The notes: a model not told the origin generated them from the letters alone. 64,000 nucleotides of DNA from Methanoregula sp. (GCA_026394605.1 JAPKXY010000024.1:6729-70728); one strand, 5' to 3'. Positions 28,750 to 38,170 are shown, counted from the first letter of the stretch. Program-made: numbers and translations.

Positions 28750-28926
28750 TTACGCGATCTGTTGAGTGACCATATAGCCTGCCCCGGAGAGCACCAGAAT
28801 GAAGAATGTGATGGCGGTCAGGTACGCAATACCGGCATTCATGACCATAGGGAGCAGGGCGAGCAGCGTAATTAAGATGCAGAAACTGATCACGCTGATG
28901 ACTACATCGAGGAGTCGTGCGTCCAT
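28750..28926 (-). CDS. Small two-helix membrane protein (58 aa), not in ORF track
   Basis: Hand translation gives MDARLLDVVISVISFCILITLLALLPMVMNAGIAYLTAITFFILVLSGAGYMVTQQIA. Confidence 0.35.
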   Translation of the reverse strand: MDARLLDVVISVISFCILITLLALLPMVMNAGIAYLTAITFFILVLSGAGYMVTQQIA

Positions 28927-29185
28927 ACTCTACCATAGTGCCCTGAAACGATAAATCAGTATCTACCCTGTGATCCCGCAGATACCTATGAGTTGTCACG
29001 GTATTTTTTTTATTAAGGGCAAGAATCCTCGATACTGCAGCAATATGTGCATAATCCGCACCAGATCAAACAATGCCTTGCCACCGGTACGATCACAAAA
29101 TCGCTCTTCGGCTGTCGCAATTGAGGGGCTGTCCTTTGTCAGGGATAAGATTGACTCAAAATAACAAGCGCACGCTTAATCAGGT

Positions 29186-29764
29186 ATGTGTGCCACCTTT
29201 GATCGTATGATCTTGCCTGAACAGGAACGCCATGAAGTTCTCATCAGGCTGACAGAAGCGGTATCTCTTCTCGAAAGTTCCATGAATGCACAGCTCATCC
29301 CTTCAACAGGAACCAACCTCGTGTACGCAATTCGCGGCGCCCGGGACGGAAAGGACATTGCCGCCGTACAGGGAGGTATTGTTTCAAGAAGAGGGGAGGT
29401 TCATTTATCAGGGCCCTGTGTATTTGATGCGGGGGGTGACATTGCACGGATTGTGCTGACTGCAATGAAATTCGATCCGCTTATGCGCAGTGGTGCGGCA
29501 ATCCAATTCAGCAGAAAAACCCTTGCCGTGATCGAAGATATGTTCATCGAGTGCTGTGCACTTGACCGCGCAAAAGAACCACCTGGCACCACCACCATCG
29601 ACTGGGGTGTTGCATCCTGCTGCACAGAAGGGGTGCCCGAAGTTATCTATGATCACGCGACTGCACCTCACGAAGCGTTAATCCGCATCATCGGGGAGAA
29701 TCCTGTCGAAATCGCCAACAATATTATTATCTTGTCGAATCGCATACAATATAGAGAAATCTGA
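29186..29764 (+). CDS. ThiN-domain thiamine-phosphate synthase family protein
   Basis: 192-aa product with the pattern LIPSTGTNLVYAI...AAVQGGIV typical of archaeal ThiN. An alternative start lies at 29207. Confidence 0.65.
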   Translation: MCATFDRMILPEQERHEVLIRLTEAVSLLESSMNAQLIPSTGTNLVYAIRGARDGKDIAAVQGGIVSRRGEVHLSGPCVFDAGGDIARIVLTAMKFDPLMRSGAAIQFSRKTLAVIEDMFIECCALDRAKEPPGTTTIDWGVASCCTEGVPEVIYDHATAPHEALIRIIGENPVEIANNIIILSNRIQYREI

Positions 29765-29773
29765 GGAATACGC

Positions 29774-29965
29774 ATGGGCATCAAGCCGTCATATATCAAG
29801 ACCCTGGGTCTCGAACTGCTCGCAAAGAACCGCGATAAATTCACCAGCAATTACGATGAGAACAAACAGGCAATGACAGGTCTTGCCTCGATCGACAGCA
29901 AGCGTGTAAGGAACCGTGTTGCGGGTTTTATCACAAGAAAAATAAATACCAAGAGACACCAATAA
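29774..29965 (+). CDS. rps17e: 30S ribosomal protein S17e
   Basis: 63-aa product beginning MGIKPSYIKTLGLELL..., the canonical S17e N-terminus. Confidence 0.9.
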   Translation: MGIKPSYIKTLGLELLAKNRDKFTSNYDENKQAMTGLASIDSKRVRNRVAGFITRKINTKRHQ

Positions 29966-29972
29966 ACGCATT

Positions 29973-30950
29973 ATGTTTGCAGGTGTCCTTCCAGCAATCA
30001 TTACCCCTTTCAAAAGAAACTCTGCAATGGACCTTGATACGCAGGGTCTTGTGCGCAATCTCGGGTTTCTTCTTTCTCAGGGCATCCATGGGGTTGTGCC
30101 CTGCGGGTCGACCGGTGAATCAGCCACGCTCACGTTCGAAGAACATGAGAAGGTAATCGAGATTACGGTTGACAAGGTAAATGGCAAGGTGCCCGTTGTT
30201 GCCGGCACCGGTTCCAACAATACTGCTGAAGCGGTTCGACTGACGAAGGCAGCAAAGGACACCGGTGCGGATGGCGTGCTTGTTATCAGTCCGTACTATA
30301 ATAAGCCCAACCGTTCCGGGCTCATCAAACATTACACGAAGATTGCCGATCTCGATATTCCGGTAATTATGTACAATGTTCCGGGGAGAACCGGGCAGAA
30401 CCTTGAACCTGACCTTGTTGCAGAGCTTGCAAAACATCCCAACATCGTTGGCATAAAGGAAGCAAGTGGCAATATCAGCCAGATCTCACGGATCATCGAA
30501 GATACACGGGACGAGGACTTTGCGGTCATCTCGGGTGATGACAACATGACTCTCCCAATCATGGCACTGGGCGGGACAGGTGTGATCTCCGTGGCCGCAA
30601 ATGTCGACCCGAAGCGCATGGTCGTCATGTGTGAAGCGATGCAAAAAAAAGAGTATTCAAAAGCATTGGCGCTCCACTTTGCACTCTCACCATTGCTCAG
30701 GGCCATGTTTATTGACACAAACCCGATCCCGGTGAAAAAAGCGGTCGAGCTGATGGGGATGGCGGGAGGTCCGGTCCGGCTACCCCTCGACGACCTTGAT
30801 GAGAAAAAGACCGAGCAGCTGAAAAAAGTCCTCGCCACAGTACCCAAAGCTGCGGGAAGCCCAAGCTCCGCGCCCCGTAAAAGTACACAAAAGAAAGCAT
30901 CACAAAAAACAGCATCACGAATACCGGTATCACGACAGCGGGCGCGGTAA
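29973..30950 (+). CDS. dapA: 4-hydroxy-tetrahydrodipicolinate synthase with a 35-aa basic low-complexity C-terminal tail
   Basis: GVVPCGSTGE and YNVPGRTG motifs, with a catalytic Lys context of IVGIKEASG. At 325 aa it is about 35 aa longer than typical DapA. Confidence 0.9.
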   Translation: MFAGVLPAIITPFKRNSAMDLDTQGLVRNLGFLLSQGIHGVVPCGSTGESATLTFEEHEKVIEITVDKVNGKVPVVAGTGSNNTAEAVRLTKAAKDTGADGVLVISPYYNKPNRSGLIKHYTKIADLDIPVIMYNVPGRTGQNLEPDLVAELAKHPNIVGIKEASGNISQISRIIEDTRDEDFAVISGDDNMTLPIMALGGTGVISVAANVDPKRMVVMCEAMQKKEYSKALALHFALSPLLRAMFIDTNPIPVKKAVELMGMAGGPVRLPLDDLDEKKTEQLKKVLATVPKAAGSPSSAPRKSTQKKASQKTASRIPVSRQRAR

Positions 30951-30953
30951 CCT

Positions 30954-31721
30954 ATGATAAAAGTCGTGGTGTGCGGCGCCTCCGGCCGCATGGGGCAGAC
31001 TATCGGGAAGATGGTAAAAGAGTCCTCCGATCTTGAGCTGGTTGGTGGAATTGACCTTAAACCCAGTTCATTTTTCGGTGTGGATATTGTTGAATCCCAG
31101 AAGCTTGAACATTTTTTAACATCTAAAAAGCCCGATGTTCTCATTGACTTCACCATTGCTCATGCTGCAGTCGAAAATGTGAAAACAGCCGCTAAAAACA
31201 ATGTGGCAATCGTCGTCGGCACTACCGGTTTCACTTCAGAACAGAGAGCCGACATGGCAAAGGCGATCGAGGGACATGTTCCCGCTGTGATCTCCAGCAA
31301 TTTTTCAGTTGGCGTGAATATATTCTGGCAACTGGTAAGGGATGCTGCAAAACTCCTCAAAGAGTATGACATCGAAGTCGTTGAAGGTCACCACCGTAAT
31401 AAAAAGGATGCCCCGAGTGGCACGGCAAAGACCATCCTCCAGATCCTTGACGAGGAAGTCGGTACAAGGAAGAAATTATATGGCCGTGAAGGGATGTTGG
31501 AGCGCGGCAACGAGATCGGTGTTCATGTCATCCGAGGAGGAGATATCGTTGGTGATCACAAGGTGATGTTTTCAAAGAATTTCGAGACCATTGAACTCTC
31601 GCACCGGGCATATGATCGTTCGGTTTTTGCCAGCGGGGCACTGCGTGCAACACGCTGGGTTATCGGTAAAAAACCCGGTTTGTACGGCATGAACGACGTT
31701 CTGGGGCTTAAGAGGCAGTAA
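30954..31721 (+). CDS. dapB: 4-hydroxy-tetrahydrodipicolinate reductase
   Basis: N-terminal GASGRMG dinucleotide motif and the EGHHRNKKDAPSGTA signature. Confidence 0.9.
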   Translation: MIKVVVCGASGRMGQTIGKMVKESSDLELVGGIDLKPSSFFGVDIVESQKLEHFLTSKKPDVLIDFTIAHAAVENVKTAAKNNVAIVVGTTGFTSEQRADMAKAIEGHVPAVISSNFSVGVNIFWQLVRDAAKLLKEYDIEVVEGHHRNKKDAPSGTAKTILQILDEEVGTRKKLYGREGMLERGNEIGVHVIRGGDIVGDHKVMFSKNFETIELSHRAYDRSVFASGALRATRWVIGKKPGLYGMNDVLGLKRQ

Positions 31722-31786
31722 CCGACGTGTGAATATCGAAACCCTTTTTTGTCTTTTGTGGTATATATACGATGGGGTGAACGATT

Positions 31787-31960
31787 TTGGTAGCAGTTGT
31801 CGATAAAGAGAAATGTACCGCCTGTGAAACCTGCGTGAATGAATGTCCAGCATCGGCAATTTCTATAGAGAACGAGAAAGCGAAGGTTGACAAGGACATG
31901 TGCGTCGACTGCCAGACCTGTGTTGACATCTGCCCGTCTGAAGCTATACATATGGAATAA
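31787..31960 (+). CDS. 2x[4Fe-4S] ferredoxin (57 aa, TTG start), not in ORF track
   Basis: Hand translation gives (M)VAVVDKEKCTACETCVNECPASAISIENEKAKVDKDMCVDCQTCVDICPSEAIHME. GGGGTGA lies 6 nt upstream of the TTG, and an in-frame stop lies 6 nt upstream of the TTG. Confidence 0.7.
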   Translation: MVAVVDKEKCTACETCVNECPASAISIENEKAKVDKDMCVDCQTCVDICPSEAIHME

Positions 31961-32007
31961 AAATCAAACGGTTTAATTACTTTTACGTATATCACTTCTT
32001 TTTATCT

Positions 32008-33024
32008 ATGATCAATGTTGGAGTGCTCGGTGCTACGGGCGCAGTTGGTCAGCGTTTTGTCGAGATGTTGGCGGATCATCCATGGTTCAATCTGGCAACG
32101 CTCGCCGCTTCTGACCGAAGTGCAGGAAAACCCTATGGAAAAGTCGTGAACTGGCGCCTCGACACGCCATTCCCGGAAAACATTGGCAAGGTCAAGGTCA
32201 GCCCCACATCACCAAAAAGCATGAAGGATGTTGATCTGGTATTTTCCGCCCTGCCAGCGGAGATTGCCACTGATGTGGAGACGGAATTTGCCGATGCAGG
32301 GATCGCAGTCTGCAGCAACGCAAGTTCCCACCGGATGGGGCAGGATATCCCGCTTGTCGTACCTGAAGTGAATCCCGATCATCTCGGGCTGATTGAGGTC
32401 CAGCGCGATAAAGGCCGTGATGGGTTTATCGTGACAAACCCGAACTGTTCGACAATCATAATGGTGATGGCATTAGCTCCCCTGCGTCATTTCAAATTTA
32501 CCGATGTGCGTGTGGCAACAATGCAGGCGATATCAGGTGCGGGGTTTGCCGGTGTTGCCGCAATGGCGATCTATGACAATGTGATCCCGTATATTGGCAA
32601 GGAAGAGGAAAAAATGGAGACCGAGTCTCTGAAGATCATGGGTACCCTGAAAGGGAAAAAGATAATCAACGCACCCTTTTCGGTCAGCGCCAGTTGCCAC
32701 CGTGTTCCCGTTATTGATGGTCACACGATGGCAGTCTGGGTCGATATCGAAGCACCAGTCGAAAATTTAAAAAAGGCATTCCGTACCTATAACCCCCCAA
32801 TCAAGGGTCTCCCGACGCAGCCAAAAAATTCCGTGCTCCTGCTGGAAGAAGATGACCGTCCCCAACCCCGCCTTGACCGTATGCGTGGCAGGGGGATGAC
32901 AGTTTCTGTTGGAAGACTGCGTGAAGGAATCCGGTTTGTGGTGATGGGACATAACACAATCCGTGGCGCTGCTGGTGCAAGTGTACTGAATGCAGAACTG
33001 ATCCACAAGAAGAAGTATCTCTAA
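32008..33024 (+). CDS. asd: Aspartate-semialdehyde dehydrogenase
   Basis: N-terminal GATGAVGQR, an active-site NPNCSTI motif, and a size of 338 aa. Confidence 0.9.
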   Translation: MINVGVLGATGAVGQRFVEMLADHPWFNLATLAASDRSAGKPYGKVVNWRLDTPFPENIGKVKVSPTSPKSMKDVDLVFSALPAEIATDVETEFADAGIAVCSNASSHRMGQDIPLVVPEVNPDHLGLIEVQRDKGRDGFIVTNPNCSTIIMVMALAPLRHFKFTDVRVATMQAISGAGFAGVAAMAIYDNVIPYIGKEEEKMETESLKIMGTLKGKKIINAPFSVSASCHRVPVIDGHTMAVWVDIEAPVENLKKAFRTYNPPIKGLPTQPKNSVLLLEEDDRPQPRLDRMRGRGMTVSVGRLREGIRFVVMGHNTIRGAAGASVLNAELIHKKKYL

Positions 33025-33047
33025 ACCGAATCATACGAGGTGAACCT

Positions 33048-33326
33048 ATGGAACTAAGAGAGAATACAGTGTTCGTTGGAAACAAGCCAGTCATGAACTA
33101 CGTACTTGCAGTGGTTACACAATTTAACAATGGGGCAAACCAGGTTGCGATTAAAGCGCGGGGCAAGGCTATTTCTCGGGCGGTAGATACCGCGGAAATC
33201 GCACTCAACCGCTTCCTGGAGGGTGTGGAGAAAAAGGAGATCCTTATATCGACAGAGGTTATAGATACGGATTCCGGAAAAACCAACGTCTCCAGCATCG
33301 AAATCGTTCTTACCAACAATAAATAA
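33048..33326 (+). CDS. albA: DNA/RNA-binding protein Alba
   Basis: 92-aa product with [15 protein letters not shown]...[13 protein letters not shown], typical of Alba. Confidence 0.9.
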   Translation: MELRENTVFVGNKPVMNYVLAVVTQFNNGANQVAIKARGKAISRAVDTAEIALNRFLEGVEKKEILISTEVIDTDSGKTNVSSIEIVLTNNK

Positions 33327-33334
33327 CCAGTTCC

Positions 33335-33342
33335 TTTTTTTT
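33335..33342 (+). terminator. Oligo-T tract (T8) after albA, candidate archaeal terminator
   Basis: A T8 run begins 9 nt after the albA stop codon. Confidence 0.45.
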
Positions 33343-33441
33343 ACGCGTATCTTTTCCTGAATTGGATTTTGATAGTTATACAGGGGTATTTTCTTTAAAA
33401 ACAGAAAAGATTTAAAGGGAATAGCACAGATGCAGTAAGGC

Positions 33442-33936
33442 ATGAGAGCACAGGCTATCGCAATGCTGGCGATATTTCTTTTGGGCATTGTGACACCTGC
33501 AATGGGTGCAAATGAAGAGCGGTACGGGTATATCACGGTGCAGGATGTCACCGTGCAGCTCAGGAACGACACGGCACTCATCAATGTCAATTACACTGTT
33601 GACGAGGGAACAAGAATTATCTTCTTTTTATTGGGAAAACAGGATCTGAAAAACAAATTGTACCGGATCCTTAACTATGATGGAGCCCAGATGCGCCGGA
33701 TCGATCTGCAAAGCGCTGAATTTTCTGTTAATGCTGCTGCATATTCTTACGGCAAGGGGATCTTTTGGTATCCAGCCCACCAGTTCAATATCGTTATACC
33801 TTCCCTGACAATTCAATCCCGTCAGGTAACACGGACCTATTTAATGACCAGCACTTTTCCAAATGGCATGGGGTATTTTGATGTAAACCCGGAACAATTC
33901 ACTCAACAGATCCCTCAGATACCGGAAACAACGTAA
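33442..33936 (+). CDS. Secreted hypothetical protein
   Basis: 164-aa product with an N-terminal signal peptide (MRAQAIAMLAIFLLGIVTPAMGA) and no known motif. Confidence 0.5.
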   Translation: MRAQAIAMLAIFLLGIVTPAMGANEERYGYITVQDVTVQLRNDTALINVNYTVDEGTRIIFFLLGKQDLKNKLYRILNYDGAQMRRIDLQSAEFSVNAAAYSYGKGIFWYPAHQFNIVIPSLTIQSRQVTRTYLMTSTFPNGMGYFDVNPEQFTQQIPQIPETT

Positions 33937-34079
33937 CGTCACTAAAAAAAGCGTTTTTACTTTTCAGAGGTCAAAATTCCCCAGCCACAAATTCTCCGTC
34001 TCTTTTAAAAGCAAAATAAAGGTCCTTTTTAAAAAATAACTATGATTGGTTAATGGTATGGCTCAGGTAAAAAATTTCA

Positions 34080-35213
34080 TCAGAGTACTTCGATGATTTC
34101 CTGACGCCGCTGTTCGGCAAGTTTTTTATTAACAAAATACTGAACCAGAACGCCAATTACCGCCGAGGAGAGTCCAATGGCCATTGAGTAGAAGATGTAG
34201 TTGCCTGCATCAGCCATAGTGAGTGGAAAGTCGGGTACCCCACTCACTGTAATGAGGTAGACGCTTGCCCCGTAAAGGATGAACCCGAGTGCAGTGACAA
34301 AAAATGGGAAAATCATTACTTTCCCCAGTTGTTCACGTTCATTAATATAGACATCGATGATGACACCAACGGAAACGATAATGCCTGCAACGATCAGCCA
34401 TTCAATGGAACCATAGATAAATGTCATGAGGTAGAGCAAAACGCCCATACTCCCGTCAATTGAATAGAATTTCAGGACATTGACAAACCCCATGACAAAA
34501 CCGATGATGACTAAAAGGATCATCGTAATATAGGTAATAAATGAAAACCGCCCCCGTGTCAACGACATTCGGAAGGCGGTAAGAATACTGTGGAAAATTT
34601 CATCTGCACCAAATCCCTTATAGAGCAGGTAGCTGCCGATTACGCCGACGACAATAATCGTCGCTGTGCCGGGGTAGCCGAGAAGATAGGCAGTAGCGTA
34701 GAGCAGCATTGCGAGCCCGAGAGGAACGAGTACTACGCGCGACACTTTGGGGTCATCGAGAAGTTTTCTCAGGATATAGTAGGTCCCTTCGAGGTTGGGC
34801 ATCTGGTTGACGATCACCCGTCTGATGCTGCTTACCGGGATCTTGGACTGGATGATGGGAATGACATACTCATCCTCAGCCCCGTCAGAGACAAGAATGC
34901 ACTGGGTTGCCTGAGTTTCTTTGACAACCCGATCGAGCGTTGCGGCTATCTTCCGATCCCCCTCGATCATATGCATGTGGTTTCCTGCAATGACCGCGAC
35001 CTGTGTATCCTCACCTTTTGCGGTGAGTTCGTCAAAAATTTTTATCGCCTGAAAAATTGCATTCACATCTGAATCTTCAGGGTCGGCAAGCGCGAGCGTG
35101 TTTGCCGCTTTTAAACAGGCAGCACGTCCGACACACGGGCTTTCGACCTGCGCCTTGTACCCGATATCGTCGTCACGATCAACACTGAGTACTAATGTAC
35201 GACCCTGTGCCAT
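34080..35213 (-). CDS. DUF373-family membrane protein
   Basis: 377-aa product with a soluble N-terminal domain (LVLSVDRDDDIG...) followed by about 7 TM helices. The pattern is as in archaeal DUF373. Confidence 0.65.
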   Translation of the reverse strand: MAQGRTLVLSVDRDDDIGYKAQVESPCVGRAACLKAANTLALADPEDSDVNAIFQAIKIFDELTAKGEDTQVAVIAGNHMHMIEGDRKIAATLDRVVKETQATQCILVSDGAEDEYVIPIIQSKIPVSSIRRVIVNQMPNLEGTYYILRKLLDDPKVSRVVLVPLGLAMLLYATAYLLGYPGTATIIVVGVIGSYLLYKGFGADEIFHSILTAFRMSLTRGRFSFITYITMILLVIIGFVMGFVNVLKFYSIDGSMGVLLYLMTFIYGSIEWLIVAGIIVSVGVIIDVYINEREQLGKVMIFPFFVTALGFILYGASVYLITVSGVPDFPLTMADAGNYIFYSMAIGLSSAVIGVLVQYFVNKKLAEQRRQEIIEVL

Positions 35214-35267
35214 TGTTATTATACACTCGCCGTAAATCTATTAAATAATTCCTGACTAAAAAAAACA

Positions 35268-36128
35268 TTAGATAAGTTTTGAGCGCTGGAGGAGGAGGAT
35301 ATCGTCAGTTGTGAGTTTTTCTCCCGCTCTGAAATTCTTGAACAGGTGTTCTGCCTCTTTCCTGACCGCTTTTTGCTCCTTGGAGACCTTGACCTTTTTC
35401 GTCTTCTTGCGCAGTCCGCTAATTACCTTGTCATAATCGCGCAGCTCTTTCTGGCAGGCAATGAAGAACTTGTGCTCGGAATCGGCGGCTTCCTGTGCCT
35501 CAACAAAACTCTTGTGTGCCGAGTCCGCCGCCTCGCGGGACTTATCAGCCTTTCGGTAGGATTCCACCATGACATCGTGATGTTTCTGGGCAAGCTCTGC
35601 AACTTCGGTCACCTTTGCATGGAGATCGGATGCCTGCTTTCGGAGGTCGCGTGCGCTTGATACCTTTGCACGCATTTCCTTGTTCTGTTCGAGCTCTGCT
35701 TCCTGCTCTTTTACCTGCCCCCTCATCTGCTTGATCTTCTCAATCAGCTCGCGCTCCTTCTCGGTGGAAATGACCTGTGTCTGCTGCATCATCTCGAGGT
35801 GGTCGATCTGCTTCTGAACTTCCTTTAATCCCCGGCTTTTTGGGGTGCCGTGCTCCTTTTTAAAAGCCTCAATTTCCTCGAAAAGAATGTTTGCCTGATC
35901 GTTGAGATCATTACGCTGTCCCTTGACCTCGATAACTTCCTGGTTGTGTTTGTCGCGGAGATCCTTGTTTTTCTGCGCCTCCTCCACAAACTCCCGGGTC
36001 TGGTTATTGAGCGTGTTGCGTTCGCGGGCAAACTTGCTCGCCGCTGCATTCAGCTCGTTTCTCCGGTTTTTATGCTGCTCAGATTCAGCAAGGATCTTCT
36101 TTCGCTTCTCAATAAGGTCGTTTATCAT
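35268..36128 (-). CDS. Archaeal coiled-coil protein (COG1340-like)
   Basis: 286-aa product, K/E/Q/R-rich with a heptad character throughout. GGAGG precedes the ATG. Confidence 0.65.
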   Translation of the reverse strand: MINDLIEKRKKILAESEQHKNRRNELNAAASKFARERNTLNNQTREFVEEAQKNKDLRDKHNQEVIEVKGQRNDLNDQANILFEEIEAFKKEHGTPKSRGLKEVQKQIDHLEMMQQTQVISTEKERELIEKIKQMRGQVKEQEAELEQNKEMRAKVSSARDLRKQASDLHAKVTEVAELAQKHHDVMVESYRKADKSREAADSAHKSFVEAQEAADSEHKFFIACQKELRDYDKVISGLRKKTKKVKVSKEQKAVRKEAEHLFKNFRAGEKLTTDDILLLQRSKLI

Positions 36129-36525
36129 GCGTCAGTCCTCCGAAATCCCTGATGGGAGGAGTGAGTGGGGTTGTCAAGGCACATGGGACCAGAAAACGGA
36201 TCATCCCGTATTGTCCCAGAACAACCCTGCATACAGGATGCAGGGCGAAAAACATCAGAAAAATATGGCAGATTCAGATCAGACCCGAGATTGGAGTCTT
36301 TGTTCGACATGCTGTTCATGATGTTCAACTCCCGATACCAGGTTGCACGCCGTATTGTGTGCACCCCTCATCCTCCCAGCGAAGGATAATTGAAATGTAC
36401 TACTAGTAAAAGACTCAAACCCACTTAAGCATTTCGCAGACGAACAACAGAATCGTGGCGATATTTTGATCTGTCAGTTCTTATTGAATGATAATCCGGG
36501 TTGAGAAAAGCAGGTAAAGAAATTG

Positions 36526-36551
36526 AATGTTGGTTGAGCGTAACCAACATT
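36526..36551 (-). terminator. Perfect 10-bp hairpin followed by T-rich tract downstream of ftsZ (candidate terminator)
   Basis: AATGTTGGTT-GAGCGT-AACCAACATT lies 73 nt past the ftsZ stop. On the minus strand it is followed by CAATTTCTTTACCTGCTTTTCTC. Confidence 0.35.
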
Positions 36552-36623
36552 TTCCCAGCATTGTGGGGGAGAATGTGTTATTGGAACATCCTCAGGAGTG
36601 CGTGGTTGTGTGTCAGCGTGGTG

Positions 36624-37784
36624 TTATCCGACCCACTCGAGGAGTCCTCCGCCGCTTGGCTGGTCGCGGGTCCTGCGGTTCTGGGGGAGCTCGACTGCTT
36701 TCGGGTTCGCCCGCTTGTTTTCAAGATCCTGGATGACCGTTTTGTATGACTGGCGGGTACCGAGGATCTGGGCGCTCTTTACACCGGTCATGATGGCAAG
36801 CACGCGCACCTTGCCCTCCATATCATTGCGCACACGTGCACCCCAGATAACATCGGCGTGCGGGTCAAGCTCGTACGTCAGTGAAGTGGCGATCTCTTCT
36901 GCGTCCTGCAGGGTGAGGTCAGTGCCTCCCGTGATGTGGATCAGGGCTCCGGTCGCACCGCGGTAATCGATGTCCAGCATCGGGTTGCTCAGGCACTCGC
37001 GGACAACGCTTTCTGCCTTGTTCTGCTGCTTGCTCTCACCCACGAGCATGACAGCGACACCGCCCTTGCTCATGATCGCGCGGACATCCGCGTAGTCGAT
37101 GTTGATCAGTGACGGTTCGGTAATTGTCTCGGAAATGCTCCTGACAGTCTCGCCGATCAGCTGGTCCATCACCGAGAATGCCTGCCCCAGTGGGAGGTTC
37201 GGGACGAAGTTTTTCAGCCGGTTGTTATCGAGAACAATGACGGAGTCCGCCGATTGTGCAAGCGCCTCCAGACCCTCTTCTGCACGGATCAGGCGTGCCT
37301 TTTCAACCTGGAATGGGTAACTGACCATACCGACAACAATTGAACCCTGCTCCTTTGCAACCTGCGCGATAACCGGGGCGGCACCGGTACCGGTACCTCC
37401 GCCCATACCGGCAGTGATGAAAACGAGATCGGCGGATTCGAGGAGCGCCTCAAGCGTGGGACGTGCCATCTCGGCAGCGCGTTTACCGACATCGGGGTAA
37501 CCGCCGGCACCGAGACCCTTTGTCAGGGATTTGCCGATGAGGACGCGTTTGTCAGCCTGGATCATATCCAGGTGCTGTTTGTCAGTATTGATCGCAATTG
37601 TTTCTGCACCGGAGACCCCCATGTGGTGGATACGGTTCACGGTGTTGTTACCGGCGCCACCGCAACCGACGATTACGATCCTCGGTTGTCCGACAAAGTC
37701 GTCCTCCATGGCATTGGCGCCTGGTTTGTTAATCTCCTTTTCAAGCTCTGCATTTTTCAGCGCATCGTTAATTATACTCTGCAT
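36624..37784 (-). CDS. ftsZ: Cell division protein FtsZ
   Basis: Tubulin signature [13 protein letters not shown]. The start was chosen at MQSIINDAL (37784), 10 nt downstream of the cdrS stop. Confidence 0.9.
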   Translation of the reverse strand: MQSIINDALKNAELEKEINKPGANAMEDDFVGQPRIVIVGCGGAGNNTVNRIHHMGVSGAETIAINTDKQHLDMIQADKRVLIGKSLTKGLGAGGYPDVGKRAAEMARPTLEALLESADLVFITAGMGGGTGTGAAPVIAQVAKEQGSIVVGMVSYPFQVEKARLIRAEEGLEALAQSADSVIVLDNNRLKNFVPNLPLGQAFSVMDQLIGETVRSISETITEPSLINIDYADVRAIMSKGGVAVMLVGESKQQNKAESVVRECLSNPMLDIDYRGATGALIHITGGTDLTLQDAEEIATSLTYELDPHADVIWGARVRNDMEGKVRVLAIMTGVKSAQILGTRQSYKTVIQDLENKRANPKAVELPQNRRTRDQPSGGGLLEWVG

Positions 37785-37794
37785 GTCTACCCTC

Positions 37795-37974
37795 TCATAC
37801 CTTGAATGAAACCTGGTCACTGTCTTTCAAGACACGGCTGGCACGTTTGTCAACGAGCTCACGAACCGCGGCCCGCACCGCCTCGGAGACATTGGGGTAT
37901 TCCCCCGCGTCTACCATCTGCTGAAGGAGGTTGATCTGCTGTTCCGGAAGCCGGAGTGTGATTCGTTGCATCAT
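37795..37974 (-). CDS. cdrS: Ribbon-helix-helix (CopG-like) regulator, CdrS-like, not in ORF track
   Basis: Hand translation gives [59 protein letters not shown]. This fits an RHH beta-strand plus two helices, and the gene lies directly upstream of ftsZ. Confidence 0.75.
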   Translation of the reverse strand: MMQRITLRLPEQQINLLQQMVDAGEYPNVSEAVRAAVRELVDKRASRVLKDSDQVSFKV

Positions 37975-37988
37975 CGTGTCTCACATTT

Positions 37989-38048
37989 CTGACATATGTC
38001 AGTCAATTGTCATTCATATGTCAGACAAGGAGAACTCTCATGTCTGAC
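37989..38048 (-). promoter_or_regulatory. Operator-like repeat array upstream of cdrS
   Basis: There is a perfect 14-bp palindrome CTGACATATGTCAG at 37989-38002. CATATGTCAGAC lies at 38015-38026 and CATGTCTGAC at 38039-38048. The GTC(A/T)G cores sit at 37998, 38020 and 38042, exactly 22 bp apart. Confidence 0.5.
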
Positions 38049-38170
38049 TAACCAGATAAATCTTAATAATTCATGAATGTATAAAAACTTTCTTCTTTTC
38101 CCTGCATGTCCCCTCAAAACGCATTTATGGCTTCCCATGCAACAAACTGGGTAATTATCGGGTTTTGTTC

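Noticed and set aside
28999-29185. Possible TPP riboswitch upstream of the ThiN gene.
   Set aside because: The conserved TPP-riboswitch elements (CUGAGA and the ACCUGAUCUGGAUAAUGCCAGCG-like core) are not present.
36129-36623. The long ftsZ/coiled-coil spacer as a known structural RNA (SRP RNA, RNase P RNA) or a C/D-box sRNA.
   Set aside because: No SRP or RNase P conserved motifs are present, and there is no properly spaced C (RUGAUGA) and D (CUGA) box pair. Only two isolated hairpins were found, and these are reported under the coiled-coil spacer finding.
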